Of a stretch of DNA of 64,000 bases, positions 9,646 to 19,366 are shown piece after piece. The DNA lies in NCBI GenBank assembly GCA_009380075.1, contig WHSO01000003.1:4724-68723 (forward strand). Direction: 5' to 3'. The position numbers and the translations under genes are program-made. Position 1 is the stretch's first letter. The number at the start of each line of letters is the position of its first letter. The DNA is from Alphaproteobacteria bacterium (GTDB lineage: Bacteria > Pseudomonadota > Alphaproteobacteria > SMXQ01). The notes beneath the pieces are model-generated. The model was not told the origin of the DNA. It saw only the letters and a list, made by a program, of their open reading frames with translations, and made no database searches.

Positions 9646-10815
9646 TCATAGTCCGCAGCCGGTTGCAGCAACCGAACCGTCGGTGCCACCTCCGCCTTCC
9701 TTGTTCTGCCGCTCGGCGACGCCCGATGCGGCGGTATCTGTTCTCACGGCCGCCGCGACAAGTTCGCCGACCACGTCGGAGCGCAACGCGGTGTAGTAGT
9801 CATCGACGCGCGTGCGGGTGGTCGTCTGCGATGTTATGACGATCGTGAGTGAAAGCGACGGGACGACATAAAGGAATTGCCCGCCGTAGCCTCGCGCATA
9901 ATGGACGGGATGGCCACAGGCCTTGGCAATGAACCAGCCGTAGCCGTAGCCGTCACCTGAAAAGAACGACTCCGTATGTGGTGTCCAGGACGCGCGTACC
10001 CAGGCCTCGGACAGGACGCGCTTGCCCCGGAAGATTCCGCCGTTTCGGTACATCTCTCCAAAGCGCAGCAGGGCGCGGGGCGACAACAGCATATTGTTGC
10101 CGCCGAGATAGATTCCCTGGGGGTCGCGGTCCCAGGGGGGCAGGTCAAACCCGAGCGGTGCTGCCAGCCATGCCCGCGCGAGATCGAGGGTACTTCTCCC
10201 CGAAACCCGCGTCAGCACGGCCGAAAGGATATGGCTGTTGCCCGTCGAATACAGCATGCGTCCGCCGGGCTCATCGACAAACGGGCGTGACAGGGCGTAG
10301 CCGACCCAGTCCTTGCTGTTGACCCACCGCCCGTAGTTGGCCCCGGACGTCCGCTCCAGGCCCGACTGCATGGAAAGAAGATGGCCGATGGTCACCTCTT
10401 GAAGCCGTGGATCGGCGGCGTCGGCAACGGATTCACCCAGAAGGGAAACGATGGGCTGCTGCGGACCCTCGATAAGTCCACGGTCGATGGCGAGCCCGAC
10501 GAGGGCCGAAATGACCACCTTGGCGACCGACTTGACGTTGACGGAAACGTCGAGGCGGGGCCCGCGGAAACGGCGTTCAAGGTGAATTGTGCCGTGGCGC
10601 GCGACGATCAGCGAATGGAGCCGTGGCAACTCTCCGGCACGGCGCACGACACGCGCTATTGTCGCCTCGTCGAGACCTGGCCTGACGCTGCTTGCGTCGG
10701 CGGCTAGCGGTAAGGCATCCAGGGCGAGCGCTTTGTTCAACCCACAACCGCCGTTGGCGAATGCCAATGCAAATATGGTGTAACGTAGAAAACGTGAGAC
10801 GACCCCTGGCGCCAT
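9646..10815 (-). CDS. Serine hydrolase, beta-lactamase class C / NylB-like family, exported
   Basis: SxxK (SVAK), VTIGHLLSMQSGL, YSTGNS, YGYGW and ARGYGGQ motifs; N-terminal signal-like segment. Confidence 0.85.
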   Translation of the reverse strand: MAPGVVSRFLRYTIFALAFANGGCGLNKALALDALPLAADASSVRPGLDEATIARVVRRAGELPRLHSLIVARHGTIHLERRFRGPRLDVSVNVKSVAKVVISALVGLAIDRGLIEGPQQPIVSLLGESVADAADPRLQEVTIGHLLSMQSGLERTSGANYGRWVNSKDWVGYALSRPFVDEPGGRMLYSTGNSHILSAVLTRVSGRSTLDLARAWLAAPLGFDLPPWDRDPQGIYLGGNNMLLSPRALLRFGEMYRNGGIFRGKRVLSEAWVRASWTPHTESFFSGDGYGYGWFIAKACGHPVHYARGYGGQFLYVVPSLSLTIVITSQTTTRTRVDDYYTALRSDVVGELVAAAVRTDTAASGVAERQNKEGGGGTDGSVAATGCGL

Positions 10816-10949
10816 CGATACTCTTCCTTGACAGGTTTCCTTCTCTCTCACGGCCGCTCCTACTCTAGCCTGACACGGAACTAAGGAATGCCTGTCCGGG
10901 GGCAGGTGTCAACAGGCGCCTCGAAGGGTCCGCACCGTTATCCTCAATG

Positions 10950-10974
10950 GGAACTTTCGCGCCAAAGCACCGTT
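10950..10974 (+). promoter_or_regulatory. EcfG/sigma-T (general stress response) promoter
   Basis: Exact GGAAC-N16-CGTT, 65 bp upstream of the lipoprotein ATG at 11040. Confidence 0.75.
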
Positions 10975-11039
10975 GATGGAGTTCAGGGGCCGTTGCATTC
11001 ATTGCGGAGATGCCCCTTTAACCCATCCGGGAGCAGGAA

Positions 11040-11288
11040 ATGGTGACCAAGACAACGATGGCTATTGCGGCGCTGGTCATGGGCCTGGCCCTTCAGGGCT
11101 GCGAATCGCGTGGTGGTAGCGCTTTGCTCGGTGGCGTCGGCGGTGCGGCCGCAGGAGCAGGAGGCTACGAATACCACCTGAACCGCCAAAAGGAGCGCGT
11201 CGAGACCGACCGCAAGAGCGGCAAGATCACCCAAAACGAGTACGATATCCGGATGGACCAAATCCGGCGGGATTCGCTCATCCAGTAA
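11040..11288 (+). CDS. Small lipoprotein with glycine-zipper segment
   Basis: Lipobox LQGC, GGSALLGGVGGAAAGAGGY, charged C-terminus; RBS GGAG. Confidence 0.75.
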   Translation: MVTKTTMAIAALVMGLALQGCESRGGSALLGGVGGAAAGAGGYEYHLNRQKERVETDRKSGKITQNEYDIRMDQIRRDSLIQ

Positions 11289-11390
11289 GCTTGGCGAAAG
11301 AAATGTTCTCGGATGTGACGTGCTCGCGCCGGCAAAGCAGGTTGGATCGAGGTGTTTGACCAAAATTTTTCAGTGGCGTAGGAAGGCGAC

Positions 11391-13628
11391 GTGAATCGGC
11401 GACGCACGCTTTCGATTGTTTTCATTGCTTGTGCCTCGTTTCTTGCGGCACTTCTCGTCGCCTTGCTGGTATGGGACTGGTCCTGGTTTCGCGGGCATGC
11501 CGAACGCGCTGCGTCGGACGCGATCGGGCGGAACGTCACCATTGGCGGGCTGATATCCGTGGACCTGGGACTGACGACGCGGGTGGTGTTGAATGACGTC
11601 ACCATGGCCAATAGCTCCTGGGGTAAGGCGGACAGCTTTGCACATGTTGAGCGCTTGGACGTCTCGGTAAGCGTCCCGGCGTTGATTCGCGGCGAAACCG
11701 AAATTCGCAGTCTTGCGCTTTCCGGTTTCACGGTTGCGCTCGAGCGTAACGCAAATGGCGATGCGAACTGGATCTTCAAAGGCGGGAATCCCAACAGGGG
11801 GAACGAGGACGGAGCGCAGATAGCGATCCGGCGGATTACCATGCGCGATGGCAGCCTTCGCTTTAGCGACCAACAAGCTAGCAGGTCTTTCGATTTAAAG
11901 ATCGCGACCATGCACGGGACCATCGCTGAGGAAAGTGGGGAGGTCGTTGTGGACGGAACGGGAAGCTTTCAGGGTATGCCCTTCGATCTGGCATTGAATA
12001 CGGGGCCAATCGATGCTCTTCGACGTCGAAGTCGTCCCTTTCCTGTGGACCTTTCCGCGCGCGTCGGAGAAAACAGGTTCTCCGCAAACGGCAGCATCCA
12101 AGCTCCCCCGCGGCTGGACTCAATGGACTTCCGGATCAACCTTGAAGGGCCGGACCTTTCAAAACTCGCCAATCTGGCCGGTATGGACATTCCCGCAACA
12201 CCTGCTTTCGCCCTCCGAGGACGCGTCGTTCAGAAAGGGGATACACTGACATTCGAGAATCTCTCAGCACGCCTCGGCGAAAACGCACTGACGGTGTCCG
12301 GGAGAGTCCGCAGCCTCGCGGAGGCCGAGGCCATGGACCTGCATGTGGATGCGAAGGGATCCAATCTTGCCGTTCTGGCCGATCTTGCCGGCCTAAGTAT
12401 GCCCGAAACGGCTCCTTACGAGTTCAAAGGCCGGGTCGTATATGGCGACAACGAATGGACGCTGGATGATTTTTCCGCGCGTTTGGGGCGAAGCGATCTG
12501 GCCGGGAATATACGGGTGAACATCATCGCTGCAGGAAAAGGCGGTGCGTTGCCGCGAGTTACCGGAGAACTTCGGTCCAACGCGCTGGATCTTGACGATT
12601 TCGACGAACTGTTCGGGGTCGAGGCGCGGGATGAGGGAGATGGGCAGAAGCGTCCGAACAACGCAACTACAAAGGATCGGGTCATACCCGACGTCCCGCT
12701 GCCGGTCGAATGGCTTAAGGCCATCGAAGGCGATGTTCGGGTTACGGTCCGGAGTATCGAGAATGTATATGGCGACATCGACTCGGTGGCGGGGCACGTC
12801 GTTCTCGAAGAGGGCAAGCTTACAATAGATCAGCTTGATTTGACCGCAGGGGACGGAAAGCTTGCCGCGTCCGCTACAGTTGATGCGCGGGGCGACTCCG
12901 TTGCCGTAAGCCTGAATGGCGAGATCCGCAAGCTGGATCTCGCGACGGTGCTGCCCAAGGGCGCCGTGGAGCGTATCAACGGGCAGCTCGGAGGAAGCGT
13001 AACTCTCTCTGGCGGGGGTCAGTCGCTCCTGCCGCTCTTGAAGTCACTCCATGGTGAGGTAACCGCGTTCCTTGCGGGTGGGGAGTTGAACAGGCTGCTG
13101 GCCGAGGCGACGGGGCTCGATGTGCTGGGGACACTCCGCAGCCTAGTGGGCGACAAGGCCGCCACGACGCGCATTCGCTGCATGGTCGCGGATTTTGACG
13201 TGGACGGCGGTGTCCTCGACTCGAATGCCCTGGTGCTGGACACCGATTCCCTGCTTCTGACGGGCGACGGTCGTATCTCGCTTCCAGACGAGGCGGTCAA
13301 CATCACATTGACCCCTCGCGCGCGGGGCATCAACCCGTTGTCCTTTTCGGCACCGCTGACAGTTTCCGGGTCTTTTCGCGACGTGCGCATCGCGCCACAG
13401 GTGACCGGTCTGGGCGCTCAGGCGGGGAAAACATTCGCCCTCGGATTGCTCCTTGGCCCCATGGCGGCGCTCGCACCGGTGATCGAGGAAAAGCTTGCCG
13501 GGGACAGCAACTGTGCCGCGCTGCTGAAAGACGCACGTACACCTTCCGATGGGAAAAAGGACGAGCGGAACGAGGTGCCTTCGAAGCCGTCTCCGAGAGA
13601 GCCGTTCGGAATCCCGCAGGAGCGGTAA
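11391..13628 (+). CDS. AsmA family protein (YhjG-like)
   Basis: N-terminal TM followed by WDWSWFRGHAERAASDAIGRNV; ERNANGDANW; C-terminal IRCMVADFDVDGGVLDSNALVLDTD...PLTVSGSFRD...LLGPMAAL. Confidence 0.85.
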   Translation: MNRRRTLSIVFIACASFLAALLVALLVWDWSWFRGHAERAASDAIGRNVTIGGLISVDLGLTTRVVLNDVTMANSSWGKADSFAHVERLDVSVSVPALIRGETEIRSLALSGFTVALERNANGDANWIFKGGNPNRGNEDGAQIAIRRITMRDGSLRFSDQQASRSFDLKIATMHGTIAEESGEVVVDGTGSFQGMPFDLALNTGPIDALRRRSRPFPVDLSARVGENRFSANGSIQAPPRLDSMDFRINLEGPDLSKLANLAGMDIPATPAFALRGRVVQKGDTLTFENLSARLGENALTVSGRVRSLAEAEAMDLHVDAKGSNLAVLADLAGLSMPETAPYEFKGRVVYGDNEWTLDDFSARLGRSDLAGNIRVNIIAAGKGGALPRVTGELRSNALDLDDFDELFGVEARDEGDGQKRPNNATTKDRVIPDVPLPVEWLKAIEGDVRVTVRSIENVYGDIDSVAGHVVLEEGKLTIDQLDLTAGDGKLAASATVDARGDSVAVSLNGEIRKLDLATVLPKGAVERINGQLGGSVTLSGGGQSLLPLLKSLHGEVTAFLAGGELNRLLAEATGLDVLGTLRSLVGDKAATTRIRCMVADFDVDGGVLDSNALVLDTDSLLLTGDGRISLPDEAVNITLTPRARGINPLSFSAPLTVSGSFRDVRIAPQVTGLGAQAGKTFALGLLLGPMAALAPVIEEKLAGDSNCAALLKDARTPSDGKKDERNEVPSKPSPREPFGIPQER

Positions 13629-13667
13629 GTCTCCATTCATCAGTACCCCATGCAGTTTCTCACGGGT

Positions 13668-16128
13668 CTATGCGATGCTCAGCTTCGAAGCAGTGAGGTA
13701 TTGCCGAAGGCGGTGGTAACCGGGCCATGGGTCTCTCTTGAGGGCGGCGAGGCGGGCTTCGATATTTTTTAGGGTATAGGCATCACTGCGGTCGATTCCG
13801 CCAAGTTCGTCCCATGAGACCGGTGTGGCCACGGGCGCACCGCGATGCGCCCGGAGCGAGTAGGGCGCTACCGCCGTTGCGCCGCGTTCATTACGGAGCC
13901 AGTCAATGAAAATTCTGCCTTTGCGGCGGGCTTTTGACGCTTGTGCGAGATAGCGGTCGGGTGCCGCCGCCGAAAGCTTTTCGGCAAGGCCCTTGGCGAA
14001 GGATTTGACCTCGGGCCAGCCGCGACGGCGAACGAGCGGAACAATCACATGTACGCCCTTGCCGCCGGTCAGCAACGCGAAGGACGCTAATCCCGCGGCT
14101 TTCAGCACGTCCCGGAGCTCGAAGGCGGCGTCGCGCACGTCGCTGAAATGGACCGAGGGGTCGGGATCGAGATCGAAAACCAACCGTTCCGGCCGTTCAA
14201 CATCGTCGGTGCGCGCGCCCCAGATATGCAGTTCAAGGCCCCCGATCTGGGCCGCGGCAACAAGGCCCCCGGCATGGCGGATAGCGAGGTAGGAGGATAC
14301 CTTTCCGCCTTTTTCCTTGATGCTTACCTTGTCGAGCTCGTCCGGAACGGACGCGTTGTGATGCTTCTGGAAGAAGCATTCGTCGTCCCGCCCCCTCGGG
14401 CAGCGCACGAGGCTGAGGGGCCGGGCTTTGAGGAAGGGGAGAATTCGGTCAGCATTCGTCAGGTAATACTCCGCTATGGCACGCTTTGTCGCTCCCTGCC
14501 GCGGATACATGATCCTCTCCGGATGGGTCACCCGGACACCGCCGATCATCGCCGCGTTGTCGCTGCTGCTCGCCACGGTGACCTCCTTTGCCGGTTTGTC
14601 CTCTCGCAGGCCGAGAAAGCTTGGATGCCGCAAAAGGCCCTCCGATGTTCGCTCGGTAAAGGACACCTGCGCCACGAGGTCCGGCTTCAGCCAGACCGTA
14701 TCACGCCGCGCCGTGGCCGGTATGTGGGTAAGAGGCCTTGTCGCGCGTTCGAGGTGTTTCATTCTTGCGGCCAGGTCCCGGAATAGCCTGTCGTCGAATC
14801 CCGTTCCGACTCGACCCGGTATGCCAGATGCCCGCCGGAGTATTCCCCAAGCAGCAGCGATGCAAAGGGCCGATCCCGCTTGTCGGATTTCCGGTATCCA
14901 ACGATGACAAATTCGTCGTTGCCAACGCATTTCGACTTGATCCACAGGGACCCGCGGTCGGAGCGATAGGGGGCATCTGCCCGCTTGGACACGATGCCCT
15001 CCATTCCCATGGCACAGGCCTTGGCGATGACGCGTTCGCCGGAGCCAGTGACATGATCGCTGTAGCGCAACGGTCCCCTCGAATGGTCAAAAAACGGACG
15101 CAGCAATTCCTTGCGGCGGGTGAGGGGCTCCTTGCGGGTGTCTTCGCCGTTAAGGTGCAGGAGATCGAACGCGTAATACCGCAATTCGACGTCCTTGTTG
15201 GAGGCGGCGTTCTGAAGTGTACAAAAGTGACTATGGCCGCGCCGATCGACGGCGACGAGTTCCCCATCGATGACGGCGTCCTCGAGATCGAGTTTGGCGA
15301 GACAATTGGCAACAGCGGGATAGCGGCCCGTCCAATCCTTCCCATTCCGCGTGATCAGGCGCACCCCGTCCCCTCCGACCAAGGACTGGATGCGATAGCC
15401 GTCGAACTTGACCTCATGCAGCTAGTCACGACCGGCGGGAGGCTCATCGCGGAGAGTCGCGAGCTGCGGCGGCACGAATGCGAGTTTTGGGCGCTTTTTT
15501 TTCGGGCGGGCGTCATGGGCGCGGCGTCACTTACCCGATCGTTTTTGTCCAAGGTTGCGCCATGCTTCGCGATAGTGTCGAGGGATCGTCCGGAAACGAC
15601 GCTCGTTGCCCATTGCTTCGTCGGGTCGTGTTTTTCGTCCGCTTCGTCGTCACGTTCCTTTACCAGAAGCCAGTTCTCGCGCTTGTCCCCTTTCTTTCGC
15701 ATGCGGATAAGGGCGAAGCCGCCATTCAAGCGCTTGCCGCGCAGCACGAACTTGAGTGCGCCCTTTCGTAGCCCCTCTTGGGGATCACCTTTCGGGTGCC
15801 ACGTGCCCTGATCCCACAGCATGACGGTACCAGCGCCGTAACCCTTGGGAATAATGCCCTCAAACTCCCCGTATTGAAGCGGATGGTCTTCGGTCCGGAC
15901 AGCAAGGCGCTTGTCGCGGGGATTCAGGCTTGGCCCCCGCGTCACCGCCCAACTTTTCAGGACGCCGTCGAGTTCAAGGCGAAAATCATAGTGCAGGCGC
16001 CGTGCGTCATGTTTCTGGATAAGGTAGCTATTGCCCTTCGCCTTGGCGACGGCACCCCGGGGCTCCGGCGTGTGCCGGAAGTCCCGTTTCTCGCGGTAGG
16101 CCTTGAGCGCACGGCCGGAACGCGGCAT
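13668..16128 (-). pseudogene. ligD: DNA ligase D (phosphoesterase-ligase-polymerase), interrupted by two frameshifts and one in-frame stop
   Basis: PE domain (QKHDARRLHYDFRLE), ligase domain (HEVKFDGYR, EGIVSKR) and polymerase domain (RPLSLVRCP, FDLDPD, FIDWLRN) lie in three frames. Lesions: extra base in the T8 run at 15495-15502, TAG at 15422-15424 in place of the conserved Trp (GRD*LHEVKFDG), missing G at 14815-14817. Confidence 0.88.
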
Positions 16129-16137
16129 CTGCGATCC

Positions 16138-16998
16138 TTAGCCTGCGGCGCGTCTTGTGGACGTGCCCCGGGTCCGCCGCTTCTTCCGTTTTGACGAGGT
16201 CGTTTTCTTGCCCCTTGCAACGCTCTTCTTCAGAGCTTCCATGAGGTCGACCACGTTGCCTCCGGCGGGTTCGGCGTGTTCCTTCTGGGATCCGGTCGCA
16301 TGTACGCCCTTCTTGCGCTTTTCTTCAATGAGGTCGCGTAGGGCATCGATGTACTTGGATTTGAACGCCTCGGCCTTGAACGGGGCGGACTTTCGTTCAA
16401 CCAGCTCTTCGGCAAGTTTCAGCATTTCACCCTCAACTTTAATATCGGGAATGTCGTTGAAGACCCGGTTGCTCTTGCGGATCTCTTCGGCGTAGCGCAG
16501 GGTCTCGAGCAGCAGTCCGTCACCGCAGGGCATTATGGCGACGATATAGTCGCGGCCACGCACGGCCATTTGGCCAAGCGCGACGCGCTTGGCCTTGCGT
16601 AGGGCCTCGCGGATGACCACGAAACCTTCCTCCGCGACCTCGTCATCGGCAGGAACCACATAAAAGGGCTTGTCGAAATAGCGCGGGTCGATCTCGCAAT
16701 GCTCGACAAACTGGACCAGGTCGATGGTATGACGACTTTCGAGTTTGATTGCGTCCAGCTCGTCAGGCTCGATCAGTACGTACTTGTCCTTATCGATCTC
16801 ATAGCCCTTGACGATTTCGTCTGTATCGACCGGACCGATGCTGGGAGCGACCTTCTGGTGGCGCACGCGTTTGCCCGACGGCTCATGGATCTGATGGAGG
16901 GAAAGGCGGGAGGAGCCGGCCGCGGCAGGGTAGAGCTCCACCCTGATTGTCACCAGAGATAGGCGCAAATAACCCTTCCAATAGGCACGTATCGCCAT
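16138..16998 (-). CDS. ku: Non-homologous end joining protein Ku
   Basis: AYWKGYLRLSLV, IVKGYEIDKDKYV, IDPRYFDKPFYV, LLETLRYAEE, VVDLMEALKKS, basic tail. Confidence 0.93.
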   Translation of the reverse strand: MAIRAYWKGYLRLSLVTIRVELYPAAAGSSRLSLHQIHEPSGKRVRHQKVAPSIGPVDTDEIVKGYEIDKDKYVLIEPDELDAIKLESRHTIDLVQFVEHCEIDPRYFDKPFYVVPADDEVAEEGFVVIREALRKAKRVALGQMAVRGRDYIVAIMPCGDGLLLETLRYAEEIRKSNRVFNDIPDIKVEGEMLKLAEELVERKSAPFKAEAFKSKYIDALRDLIEEKRKKGVHATGSQKEHAEPAGGNVVDLMEALKKSVARGKKTTSSKRKKRRTRGTSTRRAAG

Positions 16999-17025
16999 AA
17001 ATCCCCTCAGACCAACCTTGTTTAG

Positions 17026-17050
17026 AACGCAGGAGTGCAAGCATGGTTCC
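17026..17050 (-). promoter_or_regulatory. EcfG/sigma-T promoter for ku-ligD
   Basis: Minus strand reads GGAAC-CATGCTTGCACTCCTG(16)-CGTT, 27 bp upstream of the ku ATG. Confidence 0.75.
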
Positions 17051-17054
17051 TCAG

Positions 17055-17079
17055 GGAACGCATGAGCGATTCCGGCGTT
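17055..17079 (+). promoter_or_regulatory. EcfG/sigma-T promoter for the DUF3008-PfpI genes
   Basis: GGAAC-GCATGAGCGATTCCGG(16)-CGTT, back-to-back with the ku promoter. Confidence 0.75.
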
Positions 17080-17108
17080 AGCTGCGATAACAAGCGAGGA
17101 GACGGGCT

Positions 17109-17291
17109 ATGCCGGCGAAGTCGAAATCCCAGCAGCAGGCGGCGGGTGCCGCTTTGTCCGCAAAGCGAGGAGAGAAAAAGATCAGCGAACTCGGTGGGGC
17201 GCCGAAGTCGATGTACGAATCCATGAGCGAAAAGGAGCTCGAGGAAATGGCATCGACCAAGCGGAAGGGCAAATCCAAGAAGAAGGGGTGA
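17109..17291 (+). CDS. DUF3008 family protein
   Basis: MPAKSKSQQQAAGAALSAKRGE...SMYESMSEKELEEMASTKRKG matches the DUF3008 pattern; RBS GAGGAG. Confidence 0.85.
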   Translation: MPAKSKSQQQAAGAALSAKRGEKKISELGGAPKSMYESMSEKELEEMASTKRKGKSKKKG

Positions 17292-17317
17292 ATGCATGTA
17301 GGAGGAGGGACATACCC

Positions 17318-17866
17318 ATGAAGGACGTCTCAAAGGGGAAAATCGCGATCCTCGCGACCGACGGATTCGGGCAGAGCGAGCTCATCTTGCCTCTTGAACT
17401 GTTGCGAAGTGCAGGAGCGGATGTTGAGGTGGTGTCCCTCAAGCCAGGAAAAATCCGCGGCTGGAACAAGGATCACTGGGACAAGGAGATCGAGGTCGAC
17501 AAGACGCTGGACGAGGCAGCGGCCGATGACTACGGCCTTCTGGTGTTGCCCGGTGGCCAGATCAATCCGGGTCGCCTCAGAATTGAGGCAAGAGCGGTCG
17601 ATTTCGTGAAAGCGTTCGCTTCATTGGACAAACCCATCGCTGCGATCTGCCATGGCCCCTGGCTCCTGATAGAAGCCGGCGCCGTAAAGGGGCGCAAGCT
17701 GACCTCCTACCGGTCGATCCGGATGGACATAACGAATGCTGGCGGCAAATGGGTGGATGAGGAGGTGGTCGTCGACGGGAACCTGATCACGAGCCGAAAA
17801 CCCGAGGATATTCCTGCGTTCATAGAAAGAGTCTGCGAAGCGGCCGGTGTATCAAGCTGCGGGTAG
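17318..17866 (+). CDS. PfpI/YhbO/DJ-1 family (type 1 glutamine amidotransferase-like) protein
   Basis: IAILATDGF, LVLPGGQINP, AAICHGPWLL, VVVDGNLITSRKPED. Confidence 0.9.
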   Translation: MKDVSKGKIAILATDGFGQSELILPLELLRSAGADVEVVSLKPGKIRGWNKDHWDKEIEVDKTLDEAAADDYGLLVLPGGQINPGRLRIEARAVDFVKAFASLDKPIAAICHGPWLLIEAGAVKGRKLTSYRSIRMDITNAGGKWVDEEVVVDGNLITSRKPEDIPAFIERVCEAAGVSSCG

Positions 17867-17891
17867 GGAACCCTGAAGGGCCGCGGACGTT
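17867..17891 (+). promoter_or_regulatory. EcfG/sigma-T promoter
   Basis: GGAAC-CCTGAAGGGCCGCGGA(16)-CGTT, 34 bp upstream of the 24-aa ORF. Confidence 0.72.
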
Positions 17892-17925
17892 ATCAATCAA
17901 CGATTGTTGCGGATGAGGACTAGCG

Positions 17926-18000
17926 ATGAACGGAATAATTTATCTTGTGGGCTTGGTCGTGGTGATTCTCGCCGTACTGTCGTTCTTCGGAATTCGGTGA
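17926..18000 (+). CDS. 24-aa single-TM microprotein (MNGIIYLVGLVVVILAVLSFFGIR)
   Basis: GAGGA RBS, EcfG-type promoter, fully hydrophobic helix; below the ORF-track cutoff. Confidence 0.7.
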   Translation: MNGIIYLVGLVVVILAVLSFFGIR

Positions 18001-18009
18001 GGCCCGGCG

Positions 18010-18944
18010 ATGACGATTGGACGGGATGAAGACGTTGTTGCCACGACCTATGTGCCGGCGGTCGGCCAGGAAGATTCCCGTCCATATGTCGACTGGGCAG
18101 CCGTATTCGCGGGCGCGGTGATTGCTTGGGCGATTGCGTTTATATTGGGGAGCTTTGGTGCGGGATTGGGTCTTACCCTGGTCGGTTCGCCGTGGGAAGA
18201 GGGCATGTCGCTCCAGTGGTTCCTGATCGCGGCCGGGATATATTTCATCTGGGTCCAGGTTACCAGTGTCATGACGGGTGCTTACCTCACTGGGCGGATG
18301 CGCCGGCGCGTGGGTGATGCGGGCGCGCACGAAATCGAGATCCGCGATGGACCCATGGCCTTCTCGTTTGGGGCATAAGCGCTCTCATTGGAGCGGTGAT
18401 GGCATTGGCGACTGTGACGGCGGGTGTGGGAGCTGCTTCGAAAGTCTTGGGAGGCACGGTTGCTATTGGTGCACAAGCGATGTCCGGGGAGTCGGGGTCG
18501 GAGGGCCGGATCGAATACATTGTAAGCCGCTTGTTTCGGCCGGAGGCAGGAGGCACCAACGGCCCTGCCGCTGCCGGTGCAAGCGGCGAGAACGGCTCCG
18601 AGAATCGCGAGGCCATTCGAGACGGCGTTTTGTTAACACTGAGGAACATCGGGCTGGATGGCGAATTGTCGGACGAGGACAAGCGCTATATCGCCCAGGT
18701 TGTCGCCCAGGAAACGGGCTTGTCGCAAGACGCCGCCCGGGCGCGTGTCGAAGGGTACCTTTCCAGCGCGCTTATGGAAATGCGGCAGGCGGCCGAGGCT
18801 GCCCGCAAGGCCGGCATTATTGCCGCGTTTCTAACCGCCGCTACGCTCCTTGTGAGCGCGATTGCCGGGTGGTGGGCCGCCGGAGTGGGTGGCCGCCATC
18901 GTGATGAGGGGATCGACCTCGGCGTCTGGTTCAGAACGCGTTGA
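18010..18944 (+). pseudogene. Multi-TM hypothetical membrane protein split by a 1-nt deletion
   Basis: ORFs 18010-18378 and 18396-18944 join into a continuous protein (VDWAAVFAGAV...MRRR...EIRDG[A]HGLLVWGISALIG...ARKAG...GGRHRD) if one base is restored at about 18351. Confidence 0.7.
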
Positions 18945-18964
18945 TGCAGCAAAGGATAATCCCC

Positions 18965-19036
18965 ATGAAACTCTTCGCGCTTTGGCTTCTCGGCGTTCCT
19001 CTCTCGGTCATCCTGATCTTGGCAATTCTCCTATAG
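18965..19036 (+). CDS. 23-aa single-TM microprotein (MKLFALWLLGVPLSVILILAILL)
   Basis: AAAGGA RBS, LWLLGVP hydrophobic helix; below the ORF-track cutoff. Confidence 0.6.
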   Translation: MKLFALWLLGVPLSVILILAILL

Positions 19037-19127
19037 CTCTGTCTGTACCTTCAAACATTGCAGGTGCGGAAAAACGGAAAATACGTTCACTACCGGACAA
19101 CGATTTGCGACTAAGGAGGATAGTCCC

Positions 19128-19337
19128 ATGAGTTCGAAACGTGTACTCGGCATAGTTATCCTTGTCATTGGTGTGGTGCTTCTTGCTTTTGCATTTCGGT
19201 CGTCGAATGCGCCGCTTGAGCAACTTTCCGATTCTGTTACAGGCCGCTACAGCGATGAGACGATGCTTTTCTTCATACTTGGGATCGCCGCCGCGGTCGG
19301 CGGTGGATTGATCGCATTTCTCGGTGCGAGGAAGTAG
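19128..19337 (+). CDS. DUF3185 family small membrane protein
   Basis: LGIVILVIGVVLL...LEQLSDSVTGRYSDETM...GIAAAVGGG; RBS AAGGAGG. Confidence 0.8.
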   Translation: MSSKRVLGIVILVIGVVLLAFAFRSSNAPLEQLSDSVTGRYSDETMLFFILGIAAAVGGGLIAFLGARK

Positions 19338-19366
19338 CTGCCGGTCATGTCGCGAGGAGGATACCA

